This document shows, piece by piece, positions 12,281 through 25,136 of a stretch of 61,125 nt of DNA; the first letter of the stretch is position 1; each line of letters starts with the position of its first letter. The notes beneath the pieces were generated by a model. The model saw nothing but the letters and a program-made list of their open reading frames with translations. It was not told the origin of the DNA and did no database searches. The stretch comes from Nemertoderma westbladi (lineage: Eukaryota > Animalia > Xenacoelomorpha). The position numbers were made by a program, and so were the translations under genes. The stretch lies in assembly GCA_032718475.1 (NCBI GenBank), contig JAUCBJ010005067.1, forward strand, positions 1-61,125, read 5' to 3'.

Positions 12281-15200
12281 ATGCCAGACGACAACAATCA
12301 GAAGAATGCGCCAGATACCTCGAGAACGAGATCACCATGGAGAGAATACTTCGTGTTTACTCTCCTATGTATTGTGAACCTAGTCAGCTTTATGGACAGG
12401 TAATATTACAAATGAGTTAATTAATTTATATTCCAAAATTGTAACATTACTCAACGCCGTTAGTATTAACAGCGATTTGTTATTTAGCGCTTTACAACTT
12501 TAGAGGAGATTACAGCATTGCATTAGCCTGTATATTTAGTATTGTACAGTATTTGGTGTTATTGTTTACGTGGTAATCCATGACGGCGTTAAGTAATGTC
12601 CACTAAGTGGACATTAATTAACGCTGTCATTGGATACCACGTAAACAATAGGTGGAAATTTGCCTGACAGCCAGATTTGAAATGGGAGAATCTTTTAGGC
12701 TCGTTAAACCAAGGAATGCCTGTTCACACAATAGGTGATCTTCCACAGTAAACCCTTCCACTCTGTTTCCCAAGTTGTCTTGGTCTATTATTGTCTATTT
12801 GGCATGGTATTTGGTCTATTTAAAAACCGCTCAGCAACCAAAACAATAGAAAGGATATTACCACAAAATTCCTTTATTTGTAATTTCATTTTACCTTGAT
12901 TTTACATTCAAAACTTACGTAAATGGAGTTCAGAATAAATTATGAGTTTATCAATCTTAGATGAAAGTACTTCCTCGCTACACCAGAATGAAACCATAAT
13001 TTTGCACCATAGGTTGTGAATATATATTGCAGGACATTGCATGGACTATAGAACATTGAAATAAACTTTCGCGAGATAATCCGCATCTCTTCAAGGCCAG
13101 TATAGTATGTCCTTTGGCAGGCTTCTCACTCAACACCCCCCCCCCCCCCCCCCCCCCTCTGTATCTTTCAATTAATTTTTATAAATATTCAATACAAATA
13201 TTAATTTATTTACAGGAGCTCAATTGCTGCAGTTCTGGAAAGAGTGCGAAGTTACTTTGAAATCTCCGATACCAATATTGGTTTAGTTAACACCACATTT
13301 ATCTGTAGTTTCATGGCTTGTGTACCTATTTGCGGTTACTTGGGAGACAGGTGAAGCAACAATTTAATGATACAGAAGTGTAAAAAATCTCACATGTCAG
13401 AGGTGGTTTTGTTATTTTACTTGGAATCATACCAAACAGTCAATACATTTACAAAGAAATTCTAAATCAATTTATACTAATATTATAACTAATATTGCTA
13501 ATGCAAACAGGCAATAAAAATTTAATGACTTTATGAGGGATTATGGTCAAGGACAACGGTCAATTTTGTTGACAAGCCGGCACAGCATTCTTAAAAATGC
13601 AGCTGCAATGCAGCATGCCGATCCTATGGTCAAGGACAATCAAAAGGGTCAAAGGTTCCAAAAGGGTCAATTTGACCATGTGGAACCTTTGATCCTATGG
13701 AACTATTTGCCCTAGGTAACCGTCTATCCTGTAGAACATTTCACCCTGTGGATCCTTGTCTGACACTTTGTTCTAAAATATCTATAATATTATTAGATAC
13801 AACCGCAAATGGATGATATGTTTTGGCATTACAATATGGTGTGGAACAACCTTAGCTAGTTCTTATGTTCCCGCGAACGACTACCCGTTGTTCCTTTTCT
13901 TTCGGACATTCATGGGCGTTGGTGAAGCTAGCTATGCTATTGTAGCACCTACGATAATCGCAGATCTTTTTAAAGGTGAGATAAATCTAACTATATAAAC
14001 GATAGTTTTAAGCAGAGTTAGCAATATTAGGCTACCGGTATAACATGGTATAACTCCTCCCATGAGTGCTATATGTACTACATGGGTATGAACTAGAATT
14101 TGGTGTTTATGAAACAATTGTGTGACACAAATAGAAAAATAAATGAACATTATTAGGGCACCAGCTGAAAATTTCCATGTAGTTAAGTGTTCAGATGTTA
14201 ATCGTTTTTTACAGATATATACTTGTATAAACAGGTGATAAACGTTCTAGAATGCTGTCAATCTACTACACTGGACAACCACTTGGTGCTGGGTTAGGAT
14301 ATATGATGGGGGCCCTGGTTGCACAGGTACTGGAGAATACATTGGGATGGAATGAAAGTTGGAAATACACTTTACGAATAACACCAGGTAAAGTGGTAAA
14401 TACAATATACAACTTTAGCTTTTTATTTGAGACAATGGGTCGCAATATACTTTGTCTCAATGTCTAGAAAATTAACACAAATTCTCATAGGTTACGGCAG
14501 TCCAAAATTATGCAACAAACACAAATATGTCGTCAATACACCCACAATAGAAAGTATAACTACATTGTAAAGTATAACTAAATTGGAAAGTAGAACTGCA
14601 TTGCAAAGTATAACAGAATTTAAATATGAAACAATTTAACTGTAAAACACCCAATTGCTATTAGTCTCGATGCTATAGGCCTATAGTAAATATTACGTTT
14701 AATTTTATTTGCCTTAAAAATAATGTATAATAAATGCACCCAGTTAGGAAAAGGTGATATGGTCTGAGGAAGACATTATATATAAAGTGTGAAGCAAGAG
14801 AGGTGGTTTCAAAAAAGAAGCGTACGTTTATTTTAATGCATTTTTCACTTTTTATATTACGGGAAAGGATCAGCTTATAGTGACAGTGTTTCTAACAAAA
14901 GCGATGAACTAATTTCCTTTTTACTTGTAACTACCCTCACCCCCCCCCCCCCCCCCACCCGCCCCCTCCCTCCTTACATAATGTTTTATTTGTTCCAGGA
15001 CTCGGTTTCTTAATGGTTTTACTTATCGCGTTTTTTGTAACGGAACCAGTGAGAGGTGCAATAGAAAACAGCCACGAAACCCGAACATCCTGGATAAAAG
15101 ACTTGAAGTTCTTATCCACCAATCGCAGTTTCATTTGGTGTACATTAGGAACAACTTGTACTCTGTTCGCCGTAGGTATGTATGTACAGTGGGAACTACT

Positions 15201-18200
15201 ACTACTAGGATCGGCATGCTGCATTGCAGCTGCATTTTTAAGAATGCTGTGCCGGCTTATCGACAAAATTGCACCGCCACAACTCCCTATCACCCATGAC
15301 ATTTCTAGATCATCCGCATCTTCAAGGCCAGTGTCCTTTAAGATGCGTCTCAAGAAAGTCATGGGCTGTCCACCATGCTTATTCACTCCATGAGGCTGCC
15401 AAAGTACAAGATTATGCACTGACTGGTCCTCACGGCGAAAGCAATGTCCTGCAAAGCGGAGGCGATTTTGTTCTAGTGTCAAGCTTGGGGGAACCAATGA
15501 AACACCTCCAATGTTATATAGTGTATGGTTGGAGATGTGTGCATTGTACTTGACACAATGAACCCGGCGTAGCATTCTTGTGAATGTGCCATCCAGAGAT
15601 TTGGTGTCCTCAGCAGTTAGAGCCCAGCATGGACTCCCATAGAGGAGTACTGGAACTACTGCTGCTCTAAATAATCGGACCTTAAGTTTCCGATTAATTC
15701 TCGGTGACTTCCAAATCCTGGAAAGCCTTTTCAAGGCTGCCCATGCCTTTCCCTTACGTATTCGAAGGTCCTCACCTGACTTCCGGATCCATGATCCCAG
15801 GTAACAGAAGTCATCCACATGCTTAAGCATACCATCTTTTGAGCTTATGCTCATCCGATCAGAGACTTGCTGAGGACTTTCAAAGTTAACTGTCAAAATT
15901 TTGGTCTTTCTGTAGTTAATAAAAAGACCAACACTAGAAGCAGCATGTTCTAATGAGCTGAGGAGCCGTTGGGCTCCCTCTAGTGATTCTGAGAGTACTC
16001 CTAAGTCATCAGCAAAGTCTAGATCAGTTAGGTACTTGGCAGGATTTCCTCGACTTCTGGAGCCAGCAGGTGGAGATATCATCACCCCATCATCATTATG
16101 ATGATCTAAGGACATGCGTAGAACATAGTCAACAACAATTATGAACAAGAATGGTGCAAGTGTGTCTCCCTGGAGGACGCCCCAAAACACTTCAAATGGT
16201 TCTGTGTCACCGTCAACAGTAGACACACATGTTGTCGAACCATCGTATACTGATCTGATTGCTGCAATAATTTCATCAGGAATCCCATATAATGAAAGTA
16301 TGCTGAACATACGTGAGCGAGAGACTGAATCAAAGGCCTTGAAGAAGTCAACAAAGATAACAGCCAGATGCCTGTCTTTCTTTTTTGATAACTCTTCAAT
16401 TATCCTTCTAAGTGCCAAAATGGGCTCCATGGTCCCACGACCTTTACGGAACCCATTCTGATTTCCACGGAGCAGTCTCTCAATGGGATCCCTGATGCGA
16501 TTTAATAGAATTCTATTGTATAACTTTGCAGCAATCGAGATCAATGAGATTCCCCGAAAAGAACCATAGAGTATTAGGTTGCCCTTCTTGGGAACTGGCA
16601 CCAACTTATTTGTTTTCATTTCTTGTGGGACTCTTGTTGTTCGGTACATATCTACTATGATGGGATAGATGAGCTTTAAACACTCAGGTATTTTAAAGAC
16701 CTCAGGGGGAACGCCATCTACTCCACTGGCACGATTGGTCTTGCACCAAATCTGACAGGTTGTATCCGCCATTGTTCGCCATAGATACACGGCGAGTTAT
16801 ACGATTATAAATAATATATGAAAACCATTGTAAAATATTAAATTAATTAAATATTATGTAATTAAACATCCTTAGACTGTTGACTACTTTAAGACTGTTT
16901 GATTACCGGGATTTTAAAATAGTTTCCAAGTGAGTATAAGTTTCATCTGGGGAGTATAGTGTCGACCGCACTGGGAATGAGTTGTCAGATTTTGTGCGTA
17001 AGAAAACTTTACTTTTTTACTTTTGCATAAATTTTACGTAGTCAATAGAGCAAGATTCTGAAATTATTACAGTTGTAAGTAAAAGAAGCTCTATTAGTCG
17101 CAAGCGGAAAAAGTGATCCCTGAGCAAAACGAAATCTATCTTCATTTATTGTTTTGGTTAGAAAACACCGTTCTGCACTGTATACTGCCCCTTTCCTATA
17201 ATGTTTTAAATGATTGAAATTACTTTTAAAACCACAAACACCTTTTATGTTTGCGATAATTTTTAGCCATTAACTCCCTAAAGTACATTACATGTTTAAT
17301 GTAAAATTATTTGTAGTGTTTTTTTTTATATATAGGAGCTCAGGTGTTCTGGTATCCAACGTTGTTAGATAGAGCTTGTCCTTTAATCAATCACATAGAC
17401 TTGCAACGGGGATGCGAAAATATAGGAGCGGGTTTCCTGTTCGGCATAGTAACCGGAATAGCTGGGTTAATAGGAGTCTCATTGGGAAGCCATATAGCTA
17501 AGTCATGGAGACAGACCAATCACAGAGCAGACCCAATGGTGTGTGCCTTGGCATTGATTATCTGTACCCCATTGATGTTTACAGCCATGTTGACCTCAAG
17601 GTAAATGATATATATAAAACAAATTCTACTACATTTAAAAAAAATATATATATAATAATATTATTTATTATTAGATTATTAAATAGGTTCTGATAGAAAA
17701 CTGAAAGAAACATTAATGTCACAAAAATATGTACGATACTCTTTAATAATTTACTTAAACGAAAGTGATTTTGGGAAACTTTTGAGCTATCAACTGTAAT
17801 TGGAACTATGCCATCACTTTTATTGGATTATTTTTAGATACTTCAGAATTCTAACGTGGATTCTTATCTTCTTCCATGCGATGTTTCTCGCGTTCATCTG
17901 GGGAGTGTCGGTGGACATCATCATCTACGTGGTACCGCCACTTCGACGGAGTACCAGTCAATCGGTCTTCATCCTGACACAACATCTCCTAGGCGACGCG
18001 TTCAGCCCGCTAATAGTCGGCGCAATGGCCGACGGTTACAAAAGCATTATCGATGGAACCACAGAAAACTCGAACCAATTCTCCGAATTCTACGGCTTAC
18101 AATCCGCGCTCCTCATATCTCTCATCGTCTTCGTGGGGGGAATTGGTAGCTACTTAGCAACTGCTTTAAACGTATCTATCGATAAGAAACAGGCAGCCGT

Positions 18201-18327
18201 TCTCACAAAGGGACGGACACAAGACGTTTATGATTGGTCGTCTGGTCTACTCGACAAGGACATTGGTTACGACGGTTCGCAAACTGCCGTTGAATCCGAC
18301 GAACTTTACGAAACAGCGGCGCCGTAA
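12281..18327 (+). CDS. SPNS1: Spinster-family MFS lysolipid transporter (SPNS1-like), 7 exons, 505 aa
   Basis: join(12281..12399,13216..13350,13797..13975,14235..14387,14999..15175,17336..17600,17838..18327) = 1518 nt. All junctions are GT-AG and in phase. Spinster motifs: NLVSFMDR, GYLGDRYNRK, GVGEASYAIVAPTIIADLF, G(A)GLGY, RADPMVC, YVVPPLRRST, HLLGDAFSP. Exact paralogue uncertain. Confidence 0.9.
12560..12650. repeat. Imperfect palindrome/hairpin (~44-bp arms, 3-nt loop) in Spinster intron 1
   Basis: tattgtttacgtggta...gtccac taa gtggac...taccacgtaaacaata. A third partial arm lies at ~12445-12460. Confidence 0.8.
13557..13624 (+). mobile_element. 68-bp extreme 5'-truncated copy of the RTE-like LINE 3' end, with 15-bp TSD
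   Basis: Matches the reverse complement of ~15206-15276 (1 indel, 2 mismatches). Flanked by tatggtcaaggacaa at 13542-13556 and 13625-13639. Confidence 0.88.
15196..16760 (-). mobile_element. 5'-truncated non-LTR retrotransposon (RTE-like LINE, reverse transcriptase) in Spinster intron 5
   Basis: RT motifs GVDGVPPEVFK, FRGISLISIAAKLYNRIL, QNGFRKGR, FVDFFKAFDSV, GVLQGDTLAPFLF, LDFADD, FCYLGS. (TAG)n 3' tail at 15196-15207. No endonuclease domain. An apparent 1-nt frameshift near 15305 hides the natural end VMGDRELWR...HS*. Confidence 0.93.
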
Positions 18328-19147
18328 ACCTCTGGAATAAAGAAACTTACAAATAATAGTAAATATGTAATTTAGTAATTTATACTGTAGAAACTGCAAA
18401 GTGTTTAAGCAGTAAGCAGATGGACAACAGGCAGCTAAAATTAAACGAAAACGTACTCAATTGATTTCAAAGAGGTAATTGCTTTAGAAGCCTACGACAA
18501 TTGATGCGGCCCATTACTCACAAATAATCTGACTTTTACTCCCATAGCACTCAACTTTCAAATAACTAAGTGCCGATTCGCACATAAACATTCAACTTAC
18601 AGCTCAAAAAAAATATTGGATATTTTTCAATTTCTTTACATATTGAAATAAGTTACATTATTTCTGATTGGTTGTCGATGCTAGAAATGCACACTTTCGA
18701 CTTTCATCTTTCAAGTAAGATAGAACATAAGGACTGGAGAATTTTGACAGAGTTTACATTATTACCGTACAATTTATTATCTTCTGCCCGTTTTTTATAT
18801 TGAACAATATTAGTTTGGTTTTTGCTCCGCGTCACAAAATTCAGAAAACCAAATACTTTTGTTATTTTGTTGCATCTTTCATAGAGATGCTGGTCGCATA
18901 GAGTCTTAACTTAAAGCTGTCGGCTGACACAGGGACACAGCCCCATCCACAGTATCTGGTTCTGTATACTACTGATTGCAACTATTGATAGGGTGTGAGT
19001 GACCTTAATCACCAATCAAAAGTAAACCCTCTTCAGGGAAAAATCGACAAATAATGTAAGCTGATTAGGAGGACAAACTGTAACTATTACATGCGTTGTC
19101 TCTTGTTTGTGGTTTTGGTTAAAATCCTCCTGTCGACTTCTCCTTAA

Positions 19148-19862
19148 GGGGGGGGGGGGTACACCATTTTCGGACAACTCTTCGATTTATCACTCTCAGC
19201 GTTTCAAAATTGTTTGGTTTTGGCTAAAATTTGGCATATATGTGCCTAAGATGCTATTCTACATGACAGGTCAGAAAAAAAAAATTTTCCGCTATTTAAT
19301 ATTAGTTAATACTAGTTAACAACAAAAAAAACTTGGTTGCGCTTAAAACCCTAAGACTTTTACAGTTTTGATTCTAATCACATGAAAGTTTTTTTATATG
19401 ATAGATCAAAGATGGGGCAACATAACTATCAGGCGAAATTTTGTTAAAATAATTCTGCACCGCTAGGTGGCGCTGCAAATTTATGCTAATTTTTAGGTTT
19501 TTTATAAATAGTATTAAATTTTATTAACAAAAAATTCCGAAAAGTTGCCTGATACTTTTATGCAGGGTGGCTATCTAGACACCCACAGGAAGTTTCAGAC
19601 TAATTACTCAAAAATTGTAGAAGTAGTAGGGTTTTGAAGTTGACAATTTCATAAAAAAAATATTTGGAGATAATCCACCTTTCATTATACATAGTAATAG
19701 TAATTTCAATAGGATTCCCTAAATGGAAATTTACATAACTTGAAAACTAAAAGAGCTATTAAATAGCGGTTTTCAGATTTGGAAACACCATTCAATGGTG
19801 CATTATAATAGACCATAAAAAAAATTTCGACATATTTTGGACCAAAATGGTGTACCCCCCCC
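19148..19862. mobile_element. Non-autonomous DNA transposon with TTAA TSD and G-run termini (Kolobok-like)
   Basis: TIR ggggggtacaccatttt / aaaatggtgtacccccc. ttaa on both sides (19144-19147 and 19863-19866). Its interior recurs at 40143-40820. Superfamily inferred only from TSD and termini. Confidence 0.85.
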
Positions 19863-20584
19863 TTAAGCATTCCCATAATTGATAATTAACATTGCTAGGC
19901 CGTCTCGACCAGACTATTTCCATTTATTATACAGTAGTACCTTGAATCCACTCAATGCACAGCTGCTTGTTACGATTATTGATTCATACAAGAGAAGCAA
20001 TCAATATCTTCACTCCAAACCACAATGAATAAACTAATATAACAAGTGAGTTAATTAATATATATACTTTGTCAATGTAACAGCACAATGAGTTTATTAG
20101 GTTTTTGGTATCTCCAGCTCCAAGTACGGTTTTTGACCACAAACATGGCTTATATTATTAATGTATTAATATTTACAGTTATTTTCTTTTTTTATTCTTC
20201 GCCTGATACGTACGTCTGGCTAAAATTTAAAGAACAATTTCATTTAAGGAAGAAATACCTGCGATTTCAGTGCTGTCGATATCTAAAATGTATGTAAGTG
20301 TTAATTATTCATTTGTGAAATGAATGGGTGTCAGCCCACCTAACTCCTGTCCTGTGTCTTGTAAACAAACACATCACACCCTATACTAGAAATTGGCCTC
20401 TGAAAATAATATTATAAATAGGGAATGTGAATATTATTTGTGTATCATCATAACTGATATCAGCAGCGTATTTATATAATTTATATTAGTGGCAATACTA
20501 AGTAATAATCAAATAATAATACATATCATTAATATTATATGTTGAACTATATAATAATATTGGACACCTTCACTATCGAATATC

Positions 20585-21802
20585 ATGTCTTCTGTGGGGA
20601 CTTTGTGTTTGATCGGTGGAGGTAATGGGAGCCATTGTATAGCAGGTTTAGCGGCTCAAAATGGATGGACTGTTAATATATACACGGCCTTCGAAGAGGA
20701 AGTAAACTCGTTGAAGAAGGCCATTAACGAAGGTATTCAAGTTATCAACGAGAACGACGTTATTACCATCGGTCACATTACCAAGGTCTCTAATAATTAT
20801 GCCGAAGTCATCCCACAAGCCGATATTGTAATTCTTTCTCTACCGACATTCGCCCACTCCTCCGTGCTAAAAGATGTGGCGGAGTTTGTGAAAGAAGATG
20901 CGGTTGTGATGGCAATCGAGGGATGCTGGTGGACTAAACCAAGAGAGGTGTTTGGTAACTTTAAAGCGGGTGTGAGTTTCGGTATCTGGGAGGTTATGCC
21001 ATGGGCCGTGCGAATACAGGAGTACGGTAGAACAGTGAAAATACTAGGAGCGAGTCGAGCCCCCATATCTGTGGCGTTCCACTCCGAACCCAAGAAGTTT
21101 GGAGGGTCGGAGGGGGTAGCATCGGTTCTATACGGGATGATAGGAATGGAGTTCCTAGTGGCTGATAGTCCCTTGTCTGTCGTTATAGGTTGCGCATGTC
21201 ATTCAGTCCATCCTGCAATAACTTACGGAAAAGCTCTGGAATGGGACGGAAAACCATGGAAAGAGTCAGAAATACCACCGTTCTACCACGGGATGACGGA
21301 AAACATCGCAGAATTAATTAACGAGGTTCACGGAGAGTTTCATTCGGTTGCTGAAATGATTCGAAAAGAAACGACTTTCCAATTGAAAACTGTAAAACCT
21401 GAGATATCTTATTTCCTAAAAAATCGTTACTGTGAAAAAATAGCAGATGATTCGAGTTCAAGGAGTTGTTTCAATACGAACGCGAGTTACACCGGAATAG
21501 CGTTGCCGTGCGTTCGAGCGGACGACGGGACCTACACGCCGGACTACAACCAGCGGTACGTAGCCGCTGACGTTCCCTTCGGGATGGTACCGGTCATGGG
21601 AATCGGCGAGTTAATGGGCGTCGCCATGCCATCCTGCGCGAAAGTTGTGGAATTCCTACAGAGTAAGATGGGTAAGGAATACGTGGCCGGATCCGAAATG
21701 AAACTCGTTGGGAAAGATGTAGGAGAGACTCGGGCACCGCAAAGTTACGGAATTACAAACAGAAAGGAACTTATTGATACGTTAACAGCTGGTCTAAAAT
21801 AA
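20585..21802 (+). CDS. Octopine/opine dehydrogenase family protein (NAD-dependent), single coding exon, 405 aa
   Basis: Rossmann motif LIGGGNGSH, ADIVILSLPTFAH, MPWAVRIQEYG, catalytic-His region VHPAITYG, WDGKP, RYxxxDVPFG and GKDVGETRAPQSYG, as in invertebrate octopine/tauropine dehydrogenases. Confidence 0.9.
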   Translation: MSSVGTLCLIGGGNGSHCIAGLAAQNGWTVNIYTAFEEEVNSLKKAINEGIQVINENDVITIGHITKVSNNYAEVIPQADIVILSLPTFAHSSVLKDVAEFVKEDAVVMAIEGCWWTKPREVFGNFKAGVSFGIWEVMPWAVRIQEYGRTVKILGASRAPISVAFHSEPKKFGGSEGVASVLYGMIGMEFLVADSPLSVVIGCACHSVHPAITYGKALEWDGKPWKESEIPPFYHGMTENIAELINEVHGEFHSVAEMIRKETTFQLKTVKPEISYFLKNRYCEKIADDSSSRSCFNTNASYTGIALPCVRADDGTYTPDYNQRYVAADVPFGMVPVMGIGELMGVAMPSCAKVVEFLQSKMGKEYVAGSEMKLVGKDVGETRAPQSYGITNRKELIDTLTAGLK

Positions 21803-23030
21803 CGCTGAAATATAGATAGCGAATTTGTACCTTTTGCAGAACTCATAGCAAACTTATAGTATGTTTCGCGGTTGGATAGTAGTTATGTGGTCTGTTGGAT
21901 TGTGGTTTAATATTCGGCACCTTGTATTAGGCCCATGCGCGCGTGGCCGTGTCCCAATAAGCCGTATGTCAAAATAAATTAGGGAACATATTGGTTTCAA
22001 TAGGAGTTTCTCAACTGGTAAGTTGTAAGAGTTATAACCAGTGAGTCGAATCGAAAGTGATTATGTCCCATGTTCCACCTTTTGTCTTATGCGGCAGGCT
22101 GAAGACCTGTGATTGGTTGGTTTGCTTTTGCTTGTGTATTTAAATGTGAGACATATCTTATATTTTTTTAAAAATGACTAGACTTACCAGTAGAGCACAG
22201 GAGGTGTAATTTTGACATACGGACTCAGACAAATCTAAAACCGACTTATGACTTACGTCTTGACTTACCAATGTAGCACTGGACTTAAGAGATTAGAATT
22301 ATAATTCGATTATTCTGGTAGTCTTAGTAAAAATAAATTACATTAGGTGTACGTAGTTAAGGAAAGTTTCAAGTAAAACATTTAACTTAAACTGTATTGC
22401 GATCACATAATATTTCAAGTTTTGAGTTTCCGTTTCAAATAGGAAATGCAGTGTAAACTGCGCATGTGCAAGAAGACATGCTAGGGTGTCGGGTAAATAT
22501 TTGTTACTGTTACACTTTGCTTCTACAGATAAGAGATACTAATCAGTAATTTAGAACTCTAAACTGTCTTTCATGCAAATACAATTCTAACTAAAGACGG
22601 GTGAATGACCATGCTGCCATGACCATGGAAATAATGTTGAATATTATTATCAAATATTTTGTAAGGCTTCCTAGTTAAACCCCAAAACAATTATTTCATT
22701 ACATATAGTTAATAACATTGCATGTTCTTCTTCCTTTCATAATAAAATATAATAATGAAGTATATCTGATTGCAGTAACATTTCACAACCAAAATGTTTC
22801 AGTGTGAAAAGTGTACCACACCCCGCCCAAACAGCCGCAAACGCATCGCCAACAAATTTAACAAAAGGTTACATACATGTTGGGTTAATGACAAGTGAAA
22901 ATTGATCGTGTAATATAAATTAAATTAAACGACGGGCTGGCTCTCCTCCACTTCCTTACCTGTGTACCCAGTGGAAATGTTGTTGTTATGTTATAATCTA
23001 ATATTGGGGCGGGTTTCTCTCGTTTTAGTT

Positions 23031-24096
23031 TCAGGGATAATGACTGGAGAAAGGGTCTGTCTAATGCCACGGTTAACAAAAACAGTTTCTATTAATATGG
23101 CCATCTTCAGTAAATAAATGCAAATGTTATACAACATTAAAACACAATTTATAAACCTAAACCATAATATTAAATTTAACGTACGGTACAACTAATTATT
23201 ATGCCACCAAATTCCGATATAGACAGTATGATAGGATGTATTAGATTAACATATTTTAGATGTATCGTAGTAATACTGTATGCAGGCCTAGAGATAGAAT
23301 TGTACATGTGTTGTTAAGGTATTAGACGTTCAACTGTTAAAAATTTAAAAAATTTAGATAAAAAGGGTGCTAAATATATAAAATACCAAAACAAAAACTT
23401 TCTTAAAAATTGTAATATGTAATCTTGTAGGGTTTCGTTTTATTTAGTAACAGTAATATGTGTCTTTTTATCCCCCTCAATTTTATGCAGCTCATGGCTT
23501 AGGTATTATTTTCTTTTCTTTTAAATTATATATTTTAATGATTTTTTATTTCAGAACCAACATTTTTTATAATTTTTATAGTCTTTTACCAGCCTCACTT
23601 TTATTTGTAAATTTGTAATTCAACGACATCGGGAACCAACAATGTACTTAATCATTTAATGGTTTTAACGTTATCCCCTTTTTTAAAATACGTAATATTG
23701 CTGTTACCTATTTTTACCGAGCCAACAATATATTTAGCACCCTTTTTAGTTTAATTTTTAAAATTTTTAACATTTGAACGTCTAATACCTTAACAAACAC
23801 ATGTACAATTCTTATCTCTAGGCCTGCATACAGTATTAGGCCTAAGAAACATCTAAAATATGTTAATCTAATACATCCTATCATACTGTTTATATCGGAA
23901 TTTGGTGGCATAATAATTAGTTGTACCGTACGTTAAATTTAATATTATGGTTTAGGTTTATAAATTGTGTTTTATTGTTGTATCATTTATTTTAATTCAT
24001 TTACTGAAGACGTCCGTGAGGATAAAATGGCCATATAAATAGAAACTGTTTTCGTTAACCATGGCATTAGACCCTTTCTACAGTCATTATCCCTGA
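23031..24096. mobile_element. Foldback-type element with ~350-bp terminal inverted repeats
   Basis: 23031-23378 is the reverse complement of ~23728-24096 with scattered mismatches. Possible 4-bp TSD agtt on both sides. Confidence 0.85.
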
Positions 24097-24926
24097 AGTT
24101 ATAATTATGGATACGCCACGAACGGCATCATTTCGACTTCTTTCCCATTTAAAACTAGTTTTAGTAGTTGACTGAAATTAACCCTGCCTGTATTGATTTG
24201 CACCCTTTGACATACCGTAGAACGACTATTATTAAAATATTACTTGAATTGTTACCACACAGCGGACCAGATAGCCTCAACAATCACACAGTTTAATTGG
24301 TAGGCTTTAAATAAGCGGGCATTCTAGCGGTTTGATTGGCTAACTGAAATTACGTTATGATTGATGAATTAGAAACTTAAGCCTGAGTGCTGATGGTGGA
24401 ATTACCAAACTAATGGTATTTTAGTAATCCGCGCTAATTTGTAAAATAAAACAACGGCGGTAACCGTTCTCAAATAATAACTGAAACAATGCAAAAACGT
24501 AAACGTAAAGTTTCTTCGGCCGTTAGGGCAGGGATTACACACAAAGTCTGTGGACTTATTTCCAGTGCCCAAGACGTCGAGAGAGATGTGTATTCAAGGA
24601 TTTAACCACTACGCCAAGATGGGACCTTTGAGTTATATATATATATATCTCAGTTTCTAATTCATACGTTATGTTTTTGTCATAATACATAACAAACCCT
24701 TCTCGAGGGCAAGAGGGGAAAAAGTAAATCCTACCCACCCAGTTATAAAAAAAAACAAGTAAGTTTTGTGAAATCATTTATTTAGCACCGACACTGTATC
24801 CAACCACTAACCAGACTACAAGACAGTAGGCACAACAAACGTAGGACATGCACCACACCTGGTCGTCATAACTTAGTTCAAATAAACCGGTTAACGATAT
24901 ACATGACAGTGCCACATCCAACCATC

Positions 24927-25136
24927 TCATCTCCTGTCAGTTTTTCCCATTCCCCGTTTTCCAGAAAATAAATGTTTAGGTTTCTTTTCTGTTATTCGTC
25001 TGTCCGTTTCGTTCACTTGGGCCAACCTGCGGTACTTCCGCTGCTGTTTGTGCTTCAACTTCTCCACCGAATTCACCTGTCCGGCGTCCCTCAACCCTGA
25101 TTGGCTACGCGGTGTCACTCTAGATGTGCTTCGAGA
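24927..25136 (-). CDS. GTPBP4: NOG1 exon 8 (terminal)
   Basis: Acceptor ttttttag, then [17 protein letters not shown]...[18 protein letters not shown], the conserved NOG1 C-terminus. Confidence 0.93.
   Translation of the reverse strand, partial: SRSTSRVTPRSQSGLRDAGQVNSVEKLKHKQQRKYRRLAQVNETDRRITEKKPKHLFSGKRGMGKTDRR

Noticed and set aside
14937-15300. C-terminal ~120 aa of the 617-aa RT ORF overlapping Spinster exon 5 in antisense
   Set aside because: Read-through caused by a frameshift near the LINE's natural stop; not a real fusion protein.
16772-16790. tgttcgccatagata resembling the exon 5 end tgttcgccgtaggta, as a possible LINE TSD
   Set aside because: The match is short, imperfect and not adjacent to the 3' tail, so it cannot be distinguished from chance.
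24540-24625. tRNA-like A-box (tggcgtagtggttaa) on the minus strand
   Set aside because: No B-box or cloverleaf follows. At most a decayed SINE head.
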